64,000 nt of DNA from Opitutales bacterium (lineage in GTDB: Bacteria; Verrucomicrobiota; Verrucomicrobiia; Opitutales; UBA2987), in the NCBI GenBank assembly GCA_965226885.1, contig CBDDEL010000015.1, positions 384,001 through 448,000 of the forward strand. Direction: 5' to 3'. This document shows positions 60,367 through 64,000 of this stretch, piece after piece. The position numbers and the translations under genes were made by a program. The notes beneath the pieces are model-generated. The model was not told where the DNA came from and searched no databases. It saw only the letters and a list, made by a program, of their open reading frames with translations. Position 1 is the first letter of the stretch. The number at the start of each line of letters is the position of its first letter.

Positions 60367-63240
60367 ATGTTTTCTGCATTGAGCATGATTAGAGATATCA
60401 CGAAAAGCTTGAGCCTGACTCTGGCCTTCCTGGGCGCATCCTGCTTTTGCCTTGCGGAAGTTTGGCGGGAAAGCTCCTTCGTCGACTTCGCCGACGGCAC
60501 CTTCGGAGACTCGGGGGCCAATATTTACATTTCCGCCGCGGGCCGCATGCAAACGGTCAATCGCTGGGATGTGAATGGAGACGGGCATATCGATATTCTC
60601 AGTGTAAACAGTCACCCGTTGATCGAGATGCTCGACATGTCGCTCTACTGGGGAAACGGCAAAGATTTCAGCATAAAGAGACACAATTACATTCCCGCCG
60701 ATGGTCCCATGCGCCTGGCGGCGGGTGACCTCAATGGCGACGGCTGGGCGGATCTGGCTGTGGCCAATTTTTCCAACGGCACCTGGACAAGCATGGATTC
60801 GTCCGTCTATTGGGGAAATCCCCGGAAATTAAATAAAGACCCGGACGGGAACCAGTGGTTTGCTTACCCATTTACGGGTAAGACCGATTTGCCGGCCAAA
60901 AACACCCAGGGGGTGGCCATTGCCGATTTTAACCGGGACGGGTTTCCCGACATTGTTTTCGCCTTTTCCTCCGGCTACTGGGAATACCGCGGAGAAGCAG
61001 GCGAGTCGCCATCACGAATATACTGGAACGGGGGCGGTGAATTCGATCCAGCCAATTTTACCGAATTGGGAACCAAAGGCGCCGCCGATGTGGCTGCCGG
61101 AGATATTAATGAGGATGGCTGGCCGGACCTCGTATTTGCCAACGGATCGGGCGATTATTCCTATCTTTATTTAGGCGGCAAAGAAGGGTTTTCCACGGAA
61201 CGGCGAATGGAACTACCGACCCGCAAGGCTCACGCCGCAGCCATTGCAGACGTGAACAACGACGGCCGCCCTGACCTCCTTTTTGCCAACGAGTCCGGCG
61301 GGACATCTTTTGCCTACATAAACGAAAATGGAGAATTCCCCCTGGACAAACGGTTGGAGTTTACCACCCACACGGCCAAGGATGTTCTCGTTACCGACTT
61401 CAACAAGGACGGCTTTAACGATGTATTTTTTTCCAACCATCTGTTCTCTATTACCGGCAAAGCGCGATTAGGAAACCGTTTGATCGAATCGTATCTCTAC
61501 TACGGTTCCGCCGATGGTTTTTTGCAAGAAAATCGCATAGACTTGCAAACCATCGGGGCATGGGAAGCCAGCGCGGCCGACTTGAACGGCGATGGCTGGA
61601 CCGATTTGCTGATTTGCAATTTTAAGGAACACTACTCTTTCGAAGTCCCGTCTTTCATTTATTGGAATGGCCCCGATGGTTTTGAAATCACCAGGCGAAC
61701 CCCGCTTTACGAGCACGGCGCCCAGGGCAATGTCATCCACGATTTCAACAATGATGGAAACCTGGATATTATCATCACCTCAATGATGGGCGCCACACGG
61801 GGCGAGTACGATCCGTCTTATCTTTATTGGGGAAACCCTGACGGTAATTATAATGCCGCCAATCGTATTTCGCTGCCCGGACGGGAAGCTTACGAGCAAG
61901 GGATGGCAGACCTGGATGACGACGGTCAGGTCGATATACTCCTGCTCAACCAGGGAGAAGTGACCCGCTACGAGAACGAAATGTGGATTTACTGGAACGA
62001 AAAAAACCAATTCGATCCCTGGCGCATAACGGGCCTTCCCGCCCATGCCGGGGTGGGCGTCGAAGTGGCCGATCTGGACCGGGACGGATACATCGACGTT
62101 ATTATTTCCAACAACAAAGATTATGAAGATGCGGATTTGAGTGAAGAAGGCGCTTTCCCCGCAACGAAGCCCGGCTCCTACATTTACTGGGGTGGGAAAA
62201 ATGGTTGGGTAATAACCAATCGCACAACTCTCAATATCTCCCGCGCCCGCTCGCCATCCATTGCCGACATCAATCAGGACGGTCATCTCGATCTCGTCTT
62301 CGCGGGTACGGGCGCTTCCATTTTTTATGGAGACGGAACGAGAAATTTCAGCGACCAAAGGCGTCAAAAAATACTCGGCACATTAGGTCAACTTAATCAT
62401 CAAACCGAGGTAGCCGACCTCGACAAGGATGGTTATCTCGACATTGTTTTCGCCGGGCCGAAAGTTCTCATTTATTACGGAGACAATTCCCATTCCTACT
62501 CGGCAGAGAAAAAAATCACACTGGAATTACAGGCCAAAACGATGAACATTGCGGATGTCAATGGAGACGGCTGGCTGGACCTGGTTTGTCCCCTATACAA
62601 ATTAGACGGGCGGCGTTCCCTCGACTCCAACATTCTGCTGGGAAGCTCCCAAGGTTTCTTCCTCGAAAAGCGCATCTCCCTACCCACCGATGGCGGCACG
62701 GGCAGCCTGGTCAGCGATTTTAACGCGGATGGTTATGCCGATATTTTCTTTTTCTGCCATCGCAAAGACGGAAGCGCGGAGGAAATCGGAAATTTTGGCG
62801 ATCATCATACCAATTCGCGGCTTTACTGGGGAAGCGCCAACGGTTTTAAACGGAATTATTTTTTAGCCATTCCCAGTGTCGGCGCACACTACGATGCGGG
62901 GATGGACATCGGCCATATAAAGGATCGGAGTTTCAAGTGGGATTACACATCTTCTCCCTATTTCACCAAGGATAAACAGCTGCTTTCGATCGATTGGGAG
63001 GCGGAAACGCCCGGATCTACCTCGGTTAAATTTCAAGTGCGTATTGCGGAAACTGAATCCGCCCTCAATCAATCGCAATGGCTTGGCCCAAACGGCCCCG
63101 GCTCCTATTTTACAAAAAAGAAAAGCTCAATGGAAAATCTTCAGACAAAAAACTGGATGCAATACCGGGCCATTCTGGATACCGCAAACGGCGCCAATTC
63201 TCCTGTATTACAAACGGTGGAAATTGAGTTTAAACCTTAA
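60367..63240 (+). CDS. Secreted 14-repeat FG-GAP/VCBS-like protein, paralog 7 (957 aa)
   Basis: WRESSFVDFADG..GANIYI; 14 repeats; FQVRIA...WMQYRA. Confidence 0.9.
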   Translation: MFSALSMIRDITKSLSLTLAFLGASCFCLAEVWRESSFVDFADGTFGDSGANIYISAAGRMQTVNRWDVNGDGHIDILSVNSHPLIEMLDMSLYWGNGKDFSIKRHNYIPADGPMRLAAGDLNGDGWADLAVANFSNGTWTSMDSSVYWGNPRKLNKDPDGNQWFAYPFTGKTDLPAKNTQGVAIADFNRDGFPDIVFAFSSGYWEYRGEAGESPSRIYWNGGGEFDPANFTELGTKGAADVAAGDINEDGWPDLVFANGSGDYSYLYLGGKEGFSTERRMELPTRKAHAAAIADVNNDGRPDLLFANESGGTSFAYINENGEFPLDKRLEFTTHTAKDVLVTDFNKDGFNDVFFSNHLFSITGKARLGNRLIESYLYYGSADGFLQENRIDLQTIGAWEASAADLNGDGWTDLLICNFKEHYSFEVPSFIYWNGPDGFEITRRTPLYEHGAQGNVIHDFNNDGNLDIIITSMMGATRGEYDPSYLYWGNPDGNYNAANRISLPGREAYEQGMADLDDDGQVDILLLNQGEVTRYENEMWIYWNEKNQFDPWRITGLPAHAGVGVEVADLDRDGYIDVIISNNKDYEDADLSEEGAFPATKPGSYIYWGGKNGWVITNRTTLNISRARSPSIADINQDGHLDLVFAGTGASIFYGDGTRNFSDQRRQKILGTLGQLNHQTEVADLDKDGYLDIVFAGPKVLIYYGDNSHSYSAEKKITLELQAKTMNIADVNGDGWLDLVCPLYKLDGRRSLDSNILLGSSQGFFLEKRISLPTDGGTGSLVSDFNADGYADIFFFCHRKDGSAEEIGNFGDHHTNSRLYWGSANGFKRNYFLAIPSVGAHYDAGMDIGHIKDRSFKWDYTSSPYFTKDKQLLSIDWEAETPGSTSVKFQVRIAETESALNQSQWLGPNGPGSYFTKKKSSMENLQTKNWMQYRAILDTANGANSPVLQTVEIEFKP

Positions 63241-63266
63241 ACTATATATATCAATTACGATTTTAA

Positions 63267-64000
63267 ATGATAAATAATCACGAGAAATTTCTGAACCGAT
63301 ACGTCACATTAACCGCTTCCTTATGCTGGCTTATTTTTCTATTGCCGGGAATTATGGCCGGGCAAGAGGCCGACAATGGCCTCGATATAGCAAGGGTGGG
63401 GCCCCGAACGGTAGAGGTAGCGATTGAGGACTACGCCGGGCTCCAATATGTATCCACGGCAAACGGTTCCGATAAAAAGGGGGACGGCACGGAAGAAAAT
63501 CCATGGGCTTCAATCGAGGAGGCCTTGAGGGGGATCAACGATGCCAGGGCTTCAAAGCGTTATGCCGTTCTCGTCGCAGCCGGAACTTATTTCCGGGGAA
63601 CCATCCAGATGCAGGAGCACGTCGATCTTTACGGCGGATTCGATCCCGAAACCTGGAAGCGCGATATTTTCAAGAATCCCACCATCCTTGACGGGCGGGA
63701 AATTCGCAGGGTAGTGATCGGCGCGAGCAATAGCCGCCTCGACGGGTTTATTGTCACAAGGGGCCGCGCCCAGGGTCCGGGCGGCGGCATTCTCTGCGAT
63801 GGAACTTCGCCTCAAATAACCAATAACCGGATCACCAATAACGCGACCGTGGCGCCCTCAAACCTTCGATCGGATATAATCCACCAGGACGGGAATATCG
63901 GGGGAGGAATGGCTTGTTTTTTCAATGCCGTTCCGCGAATCGCCAATAACGTATTCAGCGAAAACATAACCGAGGTGGGCAATGGCGGAGGTCTCTCCAT
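63267..64000 (+). CDS. Secreted right-handed parallel beta-helix protein (DUF1565-like), runs off the window
   Basis: Not in the ORF track (no stop in window). Manual translation MINNHEKF...YVSTANGSDKKGDGTEENPWASIEEAL...VAAGTY...LYGGFD...TILDG...GGGILCDGTSPQITNNRITNN. Confidence 0.85.
   Translation, partial: MINNHEKFLNRYVTLTASLCWLIFLLPGIMAGQEADNGLDIARVGPRTVEVAIEDYAGLQYVSTANGSDKKGDGTEENPWASIEEALRGINDARASKRYAVLVAAGTYFRGTIQMQEHVDLYGGFDPETWKRDIFKNPTILDGREIRRVVIGASNSRLDGFIVTRGRAQGPGGGILCDGTSPQITNNRITNNATVAPSNLRSDIIHQDGNIGGGMACFFNAVPRIANNVFSENITEVGNGGGLS

Overview
Accessory catabolic island from a bacterium, probably PVC group/Opitutales-like (inferred from the GntR-LacI regulator and a Trp/Tyr-rich C-terminal domain; not proven). 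It is dominated by SEVEN intact paralogs of a secreted 933-963 aa protein. Each has exactly 14 Ca-binding DxxxDG (FG-GAP/VCBS-like) repeats, shared non-repeat N- and C-terminal segments and four invariant His; a C-terminal relic of an eighth copy is also present. The paralogs are interleaved with two paralogous Na+:solute symporters and with sugar-acid/amide catabolic genes: two DHDPS/NanA-like lyases, HpcH and RraA aldolases, an aldose epimerase, AKR, a BNR/sialidase-like protein, MlrC, amidohydrolases and PhyH dioxygenases. The window also holds an integrin-type 7-repeat FG-GAP protein next to a TIGR03032 gene, seven IS copies (IS630, 2x IS5/ISNCY-like, IS3, IS1380, 2x IS1) and a MITE, with two nested insertions. 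Several genes are pseudogenes. A second striking signal is about 20 short tandem duplications (2-41 bp, nearly all perfect). They explain all length differences between sister IS copies and most frameshifts, yet never break the seven large paralogs. No tRNA, rRNA, CRISPR array or reverse transcriptase was seen.
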